64,000 nucleotides of DNA from an uncultured delta proteobacterium (lineage in GTDB: Bacteria > Desulfobacterota > Binatia > HRBIN30 > BPIQ01): assembly GCA_963761335.1 (NCBI GenBank), contig CAVXGR010000011.1, positions 128,001 to 192,000 on the forward strand, given 5' to 3'. Both the position numbers and the translations under genes were made by a program. The notes below the pieces were generated by a model, which saw only the letters and a program-made list of their open reading frames with translations, had not been told where the DNA came from and made no database searches. The stretch's first letter is position 1; every line of letters starts with the position of its first letter. Shown here in pieces: positions 50,904-61,339 of the stretch.

Positions 50904-52850
50904 TCACTCGATCTCGTACACCTGCCCCAGGGGCACCTCGATCTTCTCTCCGGCGTTCGCGGTGTAGGTCTCTGTCTGCGGTGCGAGGAAGCGGGGCGTG
51001 AAGGCGGCGAACTCCGGGGCGGCGCCGCGAGTCATGTAGAGGCGGAAGGCGGCGAACTGGAGCATGGGCGGCAGGTACGTCGGGGCGCCGTTCGCCTCGA
51101 TGCGGACGAAGCGGTGCACGTCGCCACCGCGGCGGCGGAGGACGCCGGCGATTTCCTCGGCGGGGTTGGTGAGCACCAGATAGCGCGCCCGGTGGCGGCG
51201 CAGCGCCGCGGCCAGCTCGTCCGCCGTCTTCGCCAGCCACACCTGCGCCAGGGTGTCCTCGACGCTGCTGTCGGTCTCGTAGTTGAAGGGATCGACGATC
51301 ACCGGGCGATCGCCGAGGATGTGGATCTGGTGGCCGATGTTCCACGGCGTGAAGACGCCGTAGGCCGGCTCTGCACCTGCGGTGCGCGGGCTCGGCGTCG
51401 AGGTCTTCAGCCAGTCTGCCAGCTCCTCGACCACAGCGAGATTGCCACAGGCCTGAGCGTGCCGCGCGGCGCGGTGCAGCACGTCGCCGCGCGCAAAGAC
51501 CGCGCCGATCACCAGCACCGCGACGACGGCGGCGGCGCTCGACAGAGCGGTCCGCCCCGCGGGCGCGCGCCGCCGCAGCCAATCGACCGACTCCCAGGCG
51601 GCCGCAACCACCGCCAGCATCTGCAGAGACGAGAGGACGTAGAGATGGCGGTACTCGAGACAGCCGAGGGCGACGGCGAGCAGCAGGGCCATCCACCCGA
51701 ACCAGAGCCGCGGGCGGCGGCGCGAGCGAAGCGCCTGCAGCAGCACCGCGGCAATGACGAACCCGGCGGCGACCACGATCCAGTACCAGGGGGGCGTGGC
51801 GCCGAGACCGCGGGAGAAGACGGAGGCCTCCTCGGCGACGAACATCCGCCCGCTGCGCGTCAGCCGCGACGCGATCGTCATCAGCGAGCCGGTGGCAGCG
51901 AAGAACGCCGCGCCGGCCAGCCCCACCAGCGCCAGCATCCCAAGCGCCCGCCGCGGCACAGGGCGCACCAGCGGCGCGCTCTTCCACGACGCCAGCACCG
52001 CCCCCAGACCGATCCCCCAGAGCGCCAGCCAGGAAGGCTGAAAGAGAGTCGGATCGGTCCAGCTGAAGCTCGTTGTCGGCAGAGGCGCGGTCTCCAGCGA
52101 TCGCTGCAGTACCCACACACCGAGGGCGATCGCGGCGGGGGAGGCATACCAGAACCACTCCGCGGTGCCGCTCGCTGCTTCCCCCTCCGCGGCCTGCGGT
52201 CGAAGAGCGAGCCCGGCGGCATCGGCGCAGAAGGCGACGCCCACCAGCGCCGACACGTAGATGATCGACTCCGGCGTCATCGCCAGCAGCGACACCAACC
52301 CGGCGGCCCACAGGGCGCGGCGACCTGCCAGCCGCCCCCAGACCAGCAGGAGCACACCGAGATGGGCGAAGAGATGATGGTCGATGACGCCGAAGAAGAA
52401 GGGCCGCGTGGTCTCCACGCTCAGCGCGCAGAGAATACCCACGGCGAGGACAAAGGGCAGACTTCGCCGAAAGCACGCCGCCACCGCCATCGCCGCGGCG
52501 ACGGCGAGAACCCCGAGCAACGGCGGGATCCAGGAGAGAAAGGCAACCAGGCCCGTGCGGTCGGCGGCACCAATGCCGGCCAACCGCGCCAGCGTGGCGT
52601 AGAAGACGGAGTGCAGCGCCAGCCAGTGCACGCGATAGCCGGCCGGATAATGCGAGAACGGATCGACAGATGGCACCCGGGGATAATCGGCCAGGCACTC
52701 CTGCACGCGGTAGAGCTGGTAGAGCGAATCGTTCTCGCAGAGCATGTAGCGCCACTCGCGGGGCGCCACCGGCATCCGCCAGAGAAAGGCGAGCGCCAGG
52801 ACGAAGGCAAACGGCGCGGCGATCAGCAGCCGAGTCGGGCGCCGGGACAA
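50904..52850 (-). CDS. STT3/AglB-like (GT-C) membrane oligosaccharyltransferase homolog
   Basis: ENDSLYQLYRV, DPFSHYPAG..VHW, IDHH and VAEE, about 13 TM segments, and a C-terminal soluble domain with PWNIGHQI in the WWDYG position. Confidence 0.7.
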   Translation of the reverse strand: MSRRPTRLLIAAPFAFVLALAFLWRMPVAPREWRYMLCENDSLYQLYRVQECLADYPRVPSVDPFSHYPAGYRVHWLALHSVFYATLARLAGIGAADRTGLVAFLSWIPPLLGVLAVAAAMAVAACFRRSLPFVLAVGILCALSVETTRPFFFGVIDHHLFAHLGVLLLVWGRLAGRRALWAAGLVSLLAMTPESIIYVSALVGVAFCADAAGLALRPQAAEGEAASGTAEWFWYASPAAIALGVWVLQRSLETAPLPTTSFSWTDPTLFQPSWLALWGIGLGAVLASWKSAPLVRPVPRRALGMLALVGLAGAAFFAATGSLMTIASRLTRSGRMFVAEEASVFSRGLGATPPWYWIVVAAGFVIAAVLLQALRSRRRPRLWFGWMALLLAVALGCLEYRHLYVLSSLQMLAVVAAAWESVDWLRRRAPAGRTALSSAAAVVAVLVIGAVFARGDVLHRAARHAQACGNLAVVEELADWLKTSTPSPRTAGAEPAYGVFTPWNIGHQIHILGDRPVIVDPFNYETDSSVEDTLAQVWLAKTADELAAALRRHRARYLVLTNPAEEIAGVLRRRGGDVHRFVRIEANGAPTYLPPMLQFAAFRLYMTRGAAPEFAAFTPRFLAPQTETYTANAGEKIEVPLGQVYEIE

Positions 52851-52853
52851 ATG

Positions 52854-54566
52854 CTACGCCTGCTCCGCCTTCTCGATCTTCGCCCAGGTGTCGCGCAGAC
52901 CGACGGTGCGATTGAACACCGGCCGCTCCGGGGCCGAGTCCGGATCGACGCAGAAATACCCCTGGCGCTCGAACTGATAGCGGTTGCCCGGGGCGGCTCC
53001 GGCGAGCGACGGCTCGAGCTTGCACGGGGTGAGCACCTCGAGCGAGCCCGGATTCAGGTAGTCGGTGAACTGCTCGCCCTCGGCGGTATTCTCGGGATCG
53101 GCGCGACTGAAGAGATGGTCGTAGAGCCGCACCTCACCGTCGACGGCGTGCGCCGCCGACACCCAGTGCAGGGTCGCCTTCACCTTGCGGCCGTCCTTCG
53201 ATCCGCCGCCGCGCGTCTCCGGGTCCCAGGTGCAGCGCAGCTCCACAACCTCGCCGCTGCTCTCGTCCTTCACCACTCCGGTGCAGGTGATGTAGCACGC
53301 GTAGCGCAGCCGCACCTCGCGGCCGGGGGCCAGCCGGAAGAACTTCTTCGGCGGATCCTCGCGGAAGTCGTCGCGCTCGATGAAGAGCTCGCGCGTGAAG
53401 GGCACCTTGCGCGTGCCCATGCTCTCGTCCTCGGGATTGTTCACCGCGTCGAACTCCTCGACGGCATCCTCGGGGAAGTTCTCGATGACCACGCGCAGCG
53501 GCCGCAGCACCGCCATCACCCGGGGGGCGCGGCGGTTCAGGTCCTCGCGGACGGCGTGCTCCAGCATGGCGACGTCGACGACACTGTCGCGCTTGGCGAC
53601 GCCGATCATGTCGCAGAAGTTGCGCATCGACTTCGGCGTGTAGCCGCGCCGGCGCAGGCCGGAGATCGTCGGCATGCGCGGATCGTCCCAACCGCGCACG
53701 TGGCCCTCGTTCACCAGCGACAGGAGTCGCCGCTTGCTGAGCACGGTATAGGTGAGATTCAAGCGGGCAAACTCGATCTGCTGCGGATGATGCACCCCGA
53801 GCTCGTCGAGAAACCAGTCGTAGAGAGGGCGGTGGTCCTCGAACTCCAACGTGCACAGCGAGTGCGTGATCCCCTCGACCGAGTCGGAGAGGCAATGGGC
53901 GAAGTCGTACATCGGGTAGATGCACCACGCATCTCCGGTGCGGTGATGCGGCACCCGGCGGATGCGGTAGATGGTGGGATCGCGCATGTTGAGGTTGGGC
54001 GATGCCATGTCGATCTTGGCGCGCAGCACGTGCGTGCCGTCGGCGAACTCACCGGCGCGCATGCGCTCGAGCAGGTCGAGGCTCTCCTCGGCCGAGCGCC
54101 CGCGGTAGGGGCTCTCGCGGCCGGGCTCGGTGAGCGTGCCGCGGTACTCGCGGATCTGCTCGGCGCTCAGGCTGTCGACGTAGGCCTTGCCTTCGCGCAC
54201 CAGGCGCGCGCCGCATTCGTAGAGATACTCGAAGTAGTCCGAGGCGTAGTACAGGCGATCGGCCCAATCGAAGCCGAGCCAGCGGACGTCCTCCTGGATG
54301 GCCTCGACGTACTCGATGTCCTCCTTGATCGGGTTGGTGTCGTCCATGCGCAGGTTGCAGATACCGCCGTTCTCGGCGGCCACCCCGAAGTTCAGGCAGA
54401 TCGATTTCGCGTGCCCGATGTGCAGGTAGCCGTTGGGCTCCGGCGGAAAACGCGTCACCACGCGGCCGCCGTACTTGTCGGTCTCCAGGTCGCGCGCCAC
54501 GATGGCGCGGATGAAATCGGTGCCGCTCTCCTCGGGCCGGGTCTCGCTCTTCTCCGCCATGCTCAT
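52854..54566 (-). CDS. glnS: Glutamine--tRNA ligase
   Basis: Motifs [52 protein letters not shown] and QFERQGYF. Confidence 0.97.
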   Translation of the reverse strand: MSMAEKSETRPEESGTDFIRAIVARDLETDKYGGRVVTRFPPEPNGYLHIGHAKSICLNFGVAAENGGICNLRMDDTNPIKEDIEYVEAIQEDVRWLGFDWADRLYYASDYFEYLYECGARLVREGKAYVDSLSAEQIREYRGTLTEPGRESPYRGRSAEESLDLLERMRAGEFADGTHVLRAKIDMASPNLNMRDPTIYRIRRVPHHRTGDAWCIYPMYDFAHCLSDSVEGITHSLCTLEFEDHRPLYDWFLDELGVHHPQQIEFARLNLTYTVLSKRRLLSLVNEGHVRGWDDPRMPTISGLRRRGYTPKSMRNFCDMIGVAKRDSVVDVAMLEHAVREDLNRRAPRVMAVLRPLRVVIENFPEDAVEEFDAVNNPEDESMGTRKVPFTRELFIERDDFREDPPKKFFRLAPGREVRLRYACYITCTGVVKDESSGEVVELRCTWDPETRGGGSKDGRKVKATLHWVSAAHAVDGEVRLYDHLFSRADPENTAEGEQFTDYLNPGSLEVLTPCKLEPSLAGAAPGNRYQFERQGYFCVDPDSAPERPVFNRTVGLRDTWAKIEKAEQA

Positions 54567-54667
54567 CGTCCCTTGTGGCAGGCGTAGCGCGCGGGTCAAG
54601 ACCCGCGACCCCCGTGGCACCCGCGGCGGCGCTGGGCTAGAAGCTCGGCTGCGGGCAGAACACAGAA

Positions 54668-55639
54668 GTGGCGCACGGGACAGAGCGGCGATGGTCGCCG
54701 GCAGAGGAGCGGCTGGGGCTGCTGTTCGCAGGCCTCTGCGCCCTGAACGGCGCCTTCGTTCCCGCCTTTGCCAAGCTCACCACGGATCGCGCCGACGCTC
54801 TCCTGGTGGCCACCGCCACCACGGTCTTCGGCGGCATCTTCGCCGGCGCGGTGCTCGGCTGGCGGAACGAGCTGCGACTGCTGGGCCGCCCCGACATCCG
54901 CTGGCGCCTGCTCGCGGTGGGCGCTCTGGGCACGGCGCTCGCCTTCGTGCTCTTCTATTCCGGCACGCAGAGGTCGACCGCAATCGAAGCCGTTCTCTGC
55001 CTGCAGATCGAGCCGGCCTACTCCCTCCTCCTCGCCTGGATGTTCCTCGGCCACCGGCCCGATCGCCGGCGCATCGGCGCCACCGCTCTCTTGCTCTCCG
55101 GCATCCTGCTCGCCGTCGGCACGCACGGCATCGCCGCATCTCCGGGTGTGTGGCTGTTGCTGGCGACGCCCATCTGCTGGCAGGCATCGCACCTCCTCGT
55201 CCTCCGCGGCCTGCCCGGCATTCGACCCGCCGTGCTCACCGGGGCCCGCTACGTGCAGGGCGGTCTGCTGCTGGTGCTCTACTGGCTCGCCAGCGGCGGA
55301 GCGGCGCGGCTGCCGCCGGCCACCGACCTGTACACGCTGTTGCCGCTACTGGCGCTGCAGGGAGTGGTGCTCAGCTACGGAGGGACGCTGCTCTGGTACT
55401 CGGCGATCACCCGGCTCGACCTGGCGCGCACGACGGCCATCGTGGTGCCCTCGATCCCGCTGCTGTCCTTCGCCGCCAGCTTCGCGCTGCTCGGCGAGGT
55501 TCCCGTAGCGCGCCAGTGGGCGGGACTGCTGCTCACCGCGGTCGGCGTGCTCGCCTTCGTCACCGCCCCGGACGCCGCCGAGCGCTCCGAGCGCATCCCC
55601 GGCCCGGCGGCCCCGGTCATGGCGGTCGAGGACGAGTAG
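54668..55639 (+). CDS. DMT/EamA family transporter
   Basis: About 10 hydrophobic segments in two repeats; LQIEP...LG and ALLGE motifs. Confidence 0.8.
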   Translation: MAHGTERRWSPAEERLGLLFAGLCALNGAFVPAFAKLTTDRADALLVATATTVFGGIFAGAVLGWRNELRLLGRPDIRWRLLAVGALGTALAFVLFYSGTQRSTAIEAVLCLQIEPAYSLLLAWMFLGHRPDRRRIGATALLLSGILLAVGTHGIAASPGVWLLLATPICWQASHLLVLRGLPGIRPAVLTGARYVQGGLLLVLYWLASGGAARLPPATDLYTLLPLLALQGVVLSYGGTLLWYSAITRLDLARTTAIVVPSIPLLSFAASFALLGEVPVARQWAGLLLTAVGVLAFVTAPDAAERSERIPGPAAPVMAVEDE

Positions 55640-55707
55640 ATAATCGCCGGGGATTTCGGTTGCTTCTGCGGCGGGATCGGGGCTAGTGGACAGGCCGGAG
55701 GCTGGCC

Positions 55708-56154
55708 TTGGAGCAGGCGACGCACGAGGAACCGCGGCTGGCGGAGAGCGACGGCGACATCGAGGCTTGCTTTGCGGCGATCCGACAGCTGCGGCCACAT
55801 CTGCTCGCGGCCGACTTCGTCCCCCAGGTGCGGCGGCAAGAGCGCCAGGGATACCGCTTGGTGTCCCTCCGCTGCGGCGGACGCGTCGCCGGCGTCGCCG
55901 GCTTTCGTCTGGCGGAGAGCCTCGCGAACGGCCGCTTCCTCTACGTCGACGATCTGGTGACCGACGAAGCGCGCCGCTCCACCGGAGTCGGCGAGAGGAT
56001 CTTGCGCTGGATGTTCCAGTACGCCCGCGACAATCGCTGCGGGGCGGTGGTGCTCGACTCCGGCGTGCAGCGGTTTGCCGCACACCGCTTCTATTTTCGC
56101 CATGGCATGGAGGTCCGCGCCCACCACTTCGTCATCGAGCTCAGCGGGCGATGA
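55708..56154 (+). CDS. GNAT family N-acetyltransferase
   Basis: Motifs QLRPHL, LYVDDLVTD..RRSTGVG and LDSGVQRFAAHRFY. Confidence 0.88.
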   Translation: MEQATHEEPRLAESDGDIEACFAAIRQLRPHLLAADFVPQVRRQERQGYRLVSLRCGGRVAGVAGFRLAESLANGRFLYVDDLVTDEARRSTGVGERILRWMFQYARDNRCGAVVLDSGVQRFAAHRFYFRHGMEVRAHHFVIELSGR

Positions 56155-59100
56155 GCGCCGCCGAGGAACGGCTCTGACCGCCGCCGTCGCAGAGCCCACC
56201 CGCGCCACCGCGGCCGGAAGCGTCCCGGCGCCCGCCGCAGGCGCAACGAGATCCCGCTCCGGCGACGGCGCCCGACTGTTGCTGGTGATCGCCGCGGTCG
56301 CCGTCGGCGTTCTCGCCTACCACGATTACTTCCCCGAAAGGCTTCCCTGGTGGCGCTGGAGCGCCGAGCTGGGAATCGCCTGGCTTCTGCTGATCCTCGG
56401 CCTCGCGGAGCCCTCGCCAGCCGCCGAAAGCGCGGCGCGGCGCTGGCTGCGACGCGCCGCAGGGGTCGCGGCGTTGGTGGCGCTGGCAATCGCCCTCGAC
56501 TACGGGCAGCGCCTCGGCGACGAGGCAATCGCCGGGGCGGCGGCGGTCGCGGCCGTCGTTCTCTTTCTTCTCTGGCGCTGGGTCCCGTTCGATCCCGCCG
56601 ACGTGCGGGATCTCCTCGGCGAGCCGCCGGAGGCGCCCTACCCCGCGGCGCAGCCGCGCCCCCTCCATCTCGCCGGCGCCGCCCTCGCCGTGATCCTGGT
56701 CGCGATCGCGCCCATCTACACTGCGCACAGCCACCTGGGGGCCTTTCTTCTCTGGGTCGGCGGCATGGGTTTGTTCGCCGTCGCCGTCTGGCGCATGGAC
56801 CGCCCCTGCGAGCGGCGCGCCACGCCGCATTGGCTGACCAGCGGCGGCCCGCAGCTGTCGCCGGCCGCCGAGGCAATCGGCCTGCTCCTGGTGCTCGTCC
56901 TGGCGGCGGCGCTGCGCCTCATCCTGCTGGCCGACTATCCCTCCCTCATCGGCATCGACGAAGGTCTGCTGGGACGCCACGCCGAGAGCATCTGGAAAAC
57001 CGGCTTCCCCGATCCGTTCGGCATCGGCTGGAACAGCTTCGCGCATCTCGCCTACATGATCGGCTATCTCGGCGTGCAGCTGTTCGGCACCAGCAATCAC
57101 AGCCTGCGTCTGGTATCGGCGGTGATCGGCATTCTCAGCCTGGTCCCCTTCTTCTATTGGGTGCGGCGCTGGTGGGGAAATGTCATCGCCCTGTTGGCGG
57201 TCATCATCCTCACGATCAATCACGAGCACATCTATTGGAGCCGCATCTCCCTCAACAACATCGACCAGGTGTTGGTGGCGACGCTGATGCTCGCCGCCTT
57301 CGCGCGGCTGCTGCACACGCGGCGTCTGATCGACTGGGTGTGGTTCGGCTACGCCATGGGCCTCGGCTTCCACACCTATCACTCGGCCAAGCTCTATCCG
57401 GCGCTGATCGCCGGCGCCGCCCTCTTCTTCGCCATCGGCATCCGCGGCTTTCTACGCCGCTATGCCGCCGGCGCCCTGGTCGGCGCCATCGCCTTCCTGC
57501 TGTTCTTCGGGCCCCTCGTTCCCGAGATCACCCGACAGTGGCAGCGCTGGTACATCGACAACTCCGATCGCATGGACGTGCACGAGCTGGTCGACGCCTA
57601 CGATCACGGCGACGCGCACTTCGTGCGCGCCTACATCGATGGTCACTTCGGCTCGTCCATGCGCATGTTCATCAACGAGCCACCGCGGCTGGCGATCTTC
57701 TCTCCGGCGATGTGCGTGCCCTTTCTGCTCGGCGTCGGCTGGCTGCTCTGGCGATGGCGCGACCCGCGGCTGCTCATCTGCCTCGCCTGGGTCGGCGGCA
57801 TGCTTCTCCTGGGCAGTCTCACTTATGCGCCGCGGCTGACCCGACTGATCGGTATCCTGCCGGTGGTCTGTCTGCTGCCGGCGCTGATCGCGGGCCGCAC
57901 GCGGGCCCTGCTGTATCGCCTCTTCCCGCGCCGCGCCGACCTGATCGCCGTGCCGATCCTTCTCGTCTGGCTGTGCAGCGCCCTCTACGCCAGCTGGGAC
58001 GCCGAGTTCATCTATCGCGCCGCCGAGCGTCACGTGACCACCGGCATCTGCCGCCTGATCGACCGCACCGAATCCCCGGCCACCTTCTACACCGCCGGCG
58101 CCGACGGCAGCGAGGACCCACGCGTCGCCTCCAGCATCTGCATGATCGCCGCCGATCCCCTGCGCACGCTGGTGAACCTCGCCGACGACCCGCGCATCGT
58201 GCCGGTGCCACCCGCGAACCACGGCAAGGCCGTCCTCCTGTTGATGCCGTCGGCGCTCGACCTGTTGCCCTTCCTGCAGCACTACTATCCCGGCGTGGCA
58301 CCGGAGGCGTACATCGCCGGCGATCGCACCGAGATGTACTCGGTCACTATTCCCCCGGAGCAGCTCGACGCCAGTCGGGGTCTGCGCGCCGCCTTCGATT
58401 CCGGCGAGCGAAAATGGATGCCGGAGCGCGGCGTCGACGGGCTCGCCGTCGGCGATGCCGACGCCGTGTTCCCAGTACGGGCTCGTGCCCGCGGCCTGGT
58501 GTGGATCGAGTCCCCCGGCACCTACCGTTTTCGCGGCCGCGGTGGCGACGTCTGGCTCGACGAGAAACCAGCGGTCGCGGATGAAGCGCACATGCTCGCC
58601 GCCGGCTGGCACGAGATCGAGCTGCGCGCCACGCTGCAGAGTCGCCAGGAGCGCGCCTGGCTGGAATGGCAGCGCCCCGACGGCAACTGGGCGCCAATCC
58701 CCCGCGATTTCACCAGCACGCACCCCGAGGTGCACGGGCTCCTCGGCCGCTACTTCGGGCGCCCTCTGTCCGCTGCGGAGACTGCCCAAGCGACGCCGGA
58801 CTACGCCGAGATCGCTCCGCTGCTCGCCTTCGACTACCAGGCAAATGCCGACGACCCGCCGCCACCGGCTTACGCGGCAAAGCCGTCGACCATGGAGTGG
58901 AGCGGCAGCGTCGACCTGCCGGAGGGCGACGAGCAGGGGCTGCGCCTGGAAGCCACCTCGCCGACGGAGGTCTTCCTCGACGACCGCCTGGTGCTGGAGA
59001 GCTCCACTGTCGGTCCCTCGAAGCCGCTGGAGGTGGCGCTCAGCGGCTTGACCGGTCGCGTCGCCATCCGGGTCCGCAGCCTGCGCCCCGCCACCGACCC

Positions 59101-59191
59101 CACCATCCGCTGGCAAATGCGCCTCCTCTGGCGCACCGCCGGCGGCGGCTGGACGGCGTTCGCTCGTTATCACCCCGACGAGATGCACTGA
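56075..59191 (+). CDS. GT-C (family 39/ArnT-PMT-like) membrane glycosyltransferase with C-terminal PA14-like domains; true start uncertain, probably after 56154
   Basis: LRLILL...IDEG, LRLVSA, YWSR and GFHTYHS; multiple TM segments; C-terminal GLRA/GLLGRYF, PGTYRF, LAAGWHEIEL and WSGSV motifs. Confidence 0.72.
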   Translation: MPHTASIFAMAWRSAPTTSSSSSAGDERRRGTALTAAVAEPTRATAAGSVPAPAAGATRSRSGDGARLLLVIAAVAVGVLAYHDYFPERLPWWRWSAELGIAWLLLILGLAEPSPAAESAARRWLRRAAGVAALVALAIALDYGQRLGDEAIAGAAAVAAVVLFLLWRWVPFDPADVRDLLGEPPEAPYPAAQPRPLHLAGAALAVILVAIAPIYTAHSHLGAFLLWVGGMGLFAVAVWRMDRPCERRATPHWLTSGGPQLSPAAEAIGLLLVLVLAAALRLILLADYPSLIGIDEGLLGRHAESIWKTGFPDPFGIGWNSFAHLAYMIGYLGVQLFGTSNHSLRLVSAVIGILSLVPFFYWVRRWWGNVIALLAVIILTINHEHIYWSRISLNNIDQVLVATLMLAAFARLLHTRRLIDWVWFGYAMGLGFHTYHSAKLYPALIAGAALFFAIGIRGFLRRYAAGALVGAIAFLLFFGPLVPEITRQWQRWYIDNSDRMDVHELVDAYDHGDAHFVRAYIDGHFGSSMRMFINEPPRLAIFSPAMCVPFLLGVGWLLWRWRDPRLLICLAWVGGMLLLGSLTYAPRLTRLIGILPVVCLLPALIAGRTRALLYRLFPRRADLIAVPILLVWLCSALYASWDAEFIYRAAERHVTTGICRLIDRTESPATFYTAGADGSEDPRVASSICMIAADPLRTLVNLADDPRIVPVPPANHGKAVLLLMPSALDLLPFLQHYYPGVAPEAYIAGDRTEMYSVTIPPEQLDASRGLRAAFDSGERKWMPERGVDGLAVGDADAVFPVRARARGLVWIESPGTYRFRGRGGDVWLDEKPAVADEAHMLAAGWHEIELRATLQSRQERAWLEWQRPDGNWAPIPRDFTSTHPEVHGLLGRYFGRPLSAAETAQATPDYAEIAPLLAFDYQANADDPPPPAYAAKPSTMEWSGSVDLPEGDEQGLRLEATSPTEVFLDDRLVLESSTVGPSKPLEVALSGLTGRVAIRVRSLRPATDPTIRWQMRLLWRTAGGGWTAFARYHPDEMH

Positions 59192-59280
59192 GCCGCTCGA
59201 CCAAACTCCGCTCGACCAAACTCCTGGACACACTCCGCGTCCTGTGCGACGCTCTTCTTTTTCGAGCGAAAGGGGAGAAC

Positions 59281-61299
59281 ATGATCGCGTCCGCCGCCGA
59301 CGGGCACCCTGAACCGCCGCCTCGCCAGACAGTCCGCCGGGCCCTGGCTCCCTTGGCTGTCGCCATCGCCTTGTTGGCCCCGGCAACGCCCGCGGCCGCC
59401 ACGCCGTTGCCGCGCATCGTCAACGGCCTCGACACGCAGAGCTACCCGGCCGTCGGCGCCATGCTCTGCGCTGGCAGCGCCATCAACGACAACAACGCCC
59501 AGCTGTGCTGCTCCGGGACCCTGATCGGCTGCCAGACCTTTCTCACCGCGGCGCACTGTGTCGACGGGGACCTCAATGCCAGCCATTACTGGGTCTATCT
59601 TCAACACGGCGGTCTCTTCAGCGTCTCCGCGGTCGCCGAGCACCCGAACGCCAACTTCCCCATCGCCGATGTCGCCGTGCTCAAGCTCGCCGCGCCGGTC
59701 ACCGGCATCGCCCCGATGCCGATCAACACGGTGAACAACCCCGCCAGCGTCGGCTTCAATCTCGCGGGAACGATCGTCGGCTTCGGGCAGACCACCGGCA
59801 GCGCCAACAACTACGGAATCAAGCGCTACGGCAAGATCGCCACCCTCAGCTGCAACCCGGCGCAGGCCGGCGGCAACGACACGCAGCTGGTCTGCTGGGA
59901 CTATCTGAACCCGGTCGGGCCCCCGGGGCAGGACTCCAACACCTGCAACGGCGACTCCGGCGGCCCCCTCTTTCTCGATCTCGGCAGCGGCGACACGGTC
60001 GCCGGAACGACCTCGGGAGGGACTGCGAACAACTGTCTGCAAGGCGACAACGCCTTCGACGCCAACGTGTACACCTACCGCAGCTTCGTGCAGACGCAGC
60101 TCGGCGCCGACTCCACCGCGTCGTGCGGCGCCAGCGGACAGGTGGGCGACGCCGGAGTGCAGGTAATCGCCGACGGCGGCACGCTGAGCAGCGGCCACGT
60201 CGACGACAGCTTCACCATCAACGTACCCGCCAACACGGCAGAGGTCCGCTTCGCCATGAACGGCGAGGACAACGGCGTCTTCGACGTCGACCTCTACGTG
60301 AAGAACGGCCCGGGAGCAGGCCAGAGCAACTACGACTGCAAGGCCAATGGCGCCGACGTCTACGGGGTCTGCGACTTCAGCGCGCCAGGCGCCGGCCCGT
60401 GGTCGGTTCTGGTGCATCGCTATTCCGGGTCGGGGCAGTACCAGCTGACGACGACTCTGTTTGCGAGCAACGCGGTGTGCGGCAACAACGTCGCCGAGCC
60501 CGGCGAGCAGTGCGACGGCAGCGATCCGGGAACCTGCCCCACGGGCACCTGCGAGCCCGACTGCACCTGTCCGCCGCCGGTATGCGGCAACAACATCATC
60601 GAGGCGGGAGAGCAATGCGATGGCACCGACCCGGGCGCCTGTCCCACGGGCGCCTGCGATCCCGACTGCACCTGTCCCGATCCCGTATGCGGCAACGGCA
60701 TCATCGAGGCCGGGGAGGCGTGTGACGACGGCAACCTCGCCAGCGGCGATTGCTGCTCGCCAACGTGCCAGATGCCGTCCGGCTGCAGCCCCGCCGGCAA
60801 GAGCGTGCTGGTCGTCAACGACGTCACCGGGACCAAGAGTGATCGGATCACCTGGAAATGGCTCAAGGGCGTGGCCGACGCCGGCGATTTCGGCGATCCG
60901 GTAGCGGGGTCCGATTACAGCCTCTGCATCTGGGACGACGGCCAGCTCGTCCACCGGCAGGACGTTCCCGCCGGTGGTCTCTGCGGGCGCCACCCGTGCT
61001 GGAAGGCGATCGGCCCGGCGGGCAACCTCAGTGGCTTCAAGTTCAGCGATCCCGATGGCAATGCCGACGGCGTCTTCCGCGTGCTTCTCAAGCAAGGCGC
61101 GGGCACGGCGCGGGCGCTGTGGAAGGCGAAGGGCAACAACGTCTCCCTGCCGGGCCCGGCGAGCGCCAGTCGCTACTTTGCACAGTCGAGCGAGGTCACC
61201 GTTCAGGTGGTTCGACACGACGCCTCGGCGTGCTGGCAGGCCGATTTCCCCGACGCCAAGCGAAATGACGCTCAGCACTTCCGAGCCGTCGAGCCCTGA
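59281..61299 (+). CDS. Secreted trypsin-like (S1) serine protease with PPC-like domain and Cys-rich repeats
   Basis: RIVNG activation motif, LTAAHC, DVAVLKL and CNGDSGGP; DVDLYVK (PPC); three CGN..xExGExCD repeats. GGGGAG Shine-Dalgarno. Confidence 0.9.
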   Translation: MIASAADGHPEPPPRQTVRRALAPLAVAIALLAPATPAAATPLPRIVNGLDTQSYPAVGAMLCAGSAINDNNAQLCCSGTLIGCQTFLTAAHCVDGDLNASHYWVYLQHGGLFSVSAVAEHPNANFPIADVAVLKLAAPVTGIAPMPINTVNNPASVGFNLAGTIVGFGQTTGSANNYGIKRYGKIATLSCNPAQAGGNDTQLVCWDYLNPVGPPGQDSNTCNGDSGGPLFLDLGSGDTVAGTTSGGTANNCLQGDNAFDANVYTYRSFVQTQLGADSTASCGASGQVGDAGVQVIADGGTLSSGHVDDSFTINVPANTAEVRFAMNGEDNGVFDVDLYVKNGPGAGQSNYDCKANGADVYGVCDFSAPGAGPWSVLVHRYSGSGQYQLTTTLFASNAVCGNNVAEPGEQCDGSDPGTCPTGTCEPDCTCPPPVCGNNIIEAGEQCDGTDPGACPTGACDPDCTCPDPVCGNGIIEAGEACDDGNLASGDCCSPTCQMPSGCSPAGKSVLVVNDVTGTKSDRITWKWLKGVADAGDFGDPVAGSDYSLCIWDDGQLVHRQDVPAGGLCGRHPCWKAIGPAGNLSGFKFSDPDGNADGVFRVLLKQGAGTARALWKAKGNNVSLPGPASASRYFAQSSEVTVQVVRHDASACWQADFPDAKRNDAQHFRAVEP

Positions 61300-61339
61300 A
61301 GCAGTGGTTCGGCGGCTCGGTATCCCCGCCGCTCGGTGA

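Noticed and set aside
50844..54587. 1247-aa plus-strand ORF
   Set aside because: Antisense shadow of glnS and the STT3-like gene.
59193..59224. 15-bp tandem duplication CCGCTCGACCAAACT x2
   Set aside because: Only two copies in a short spacer, with no supporting context; probably slippage.
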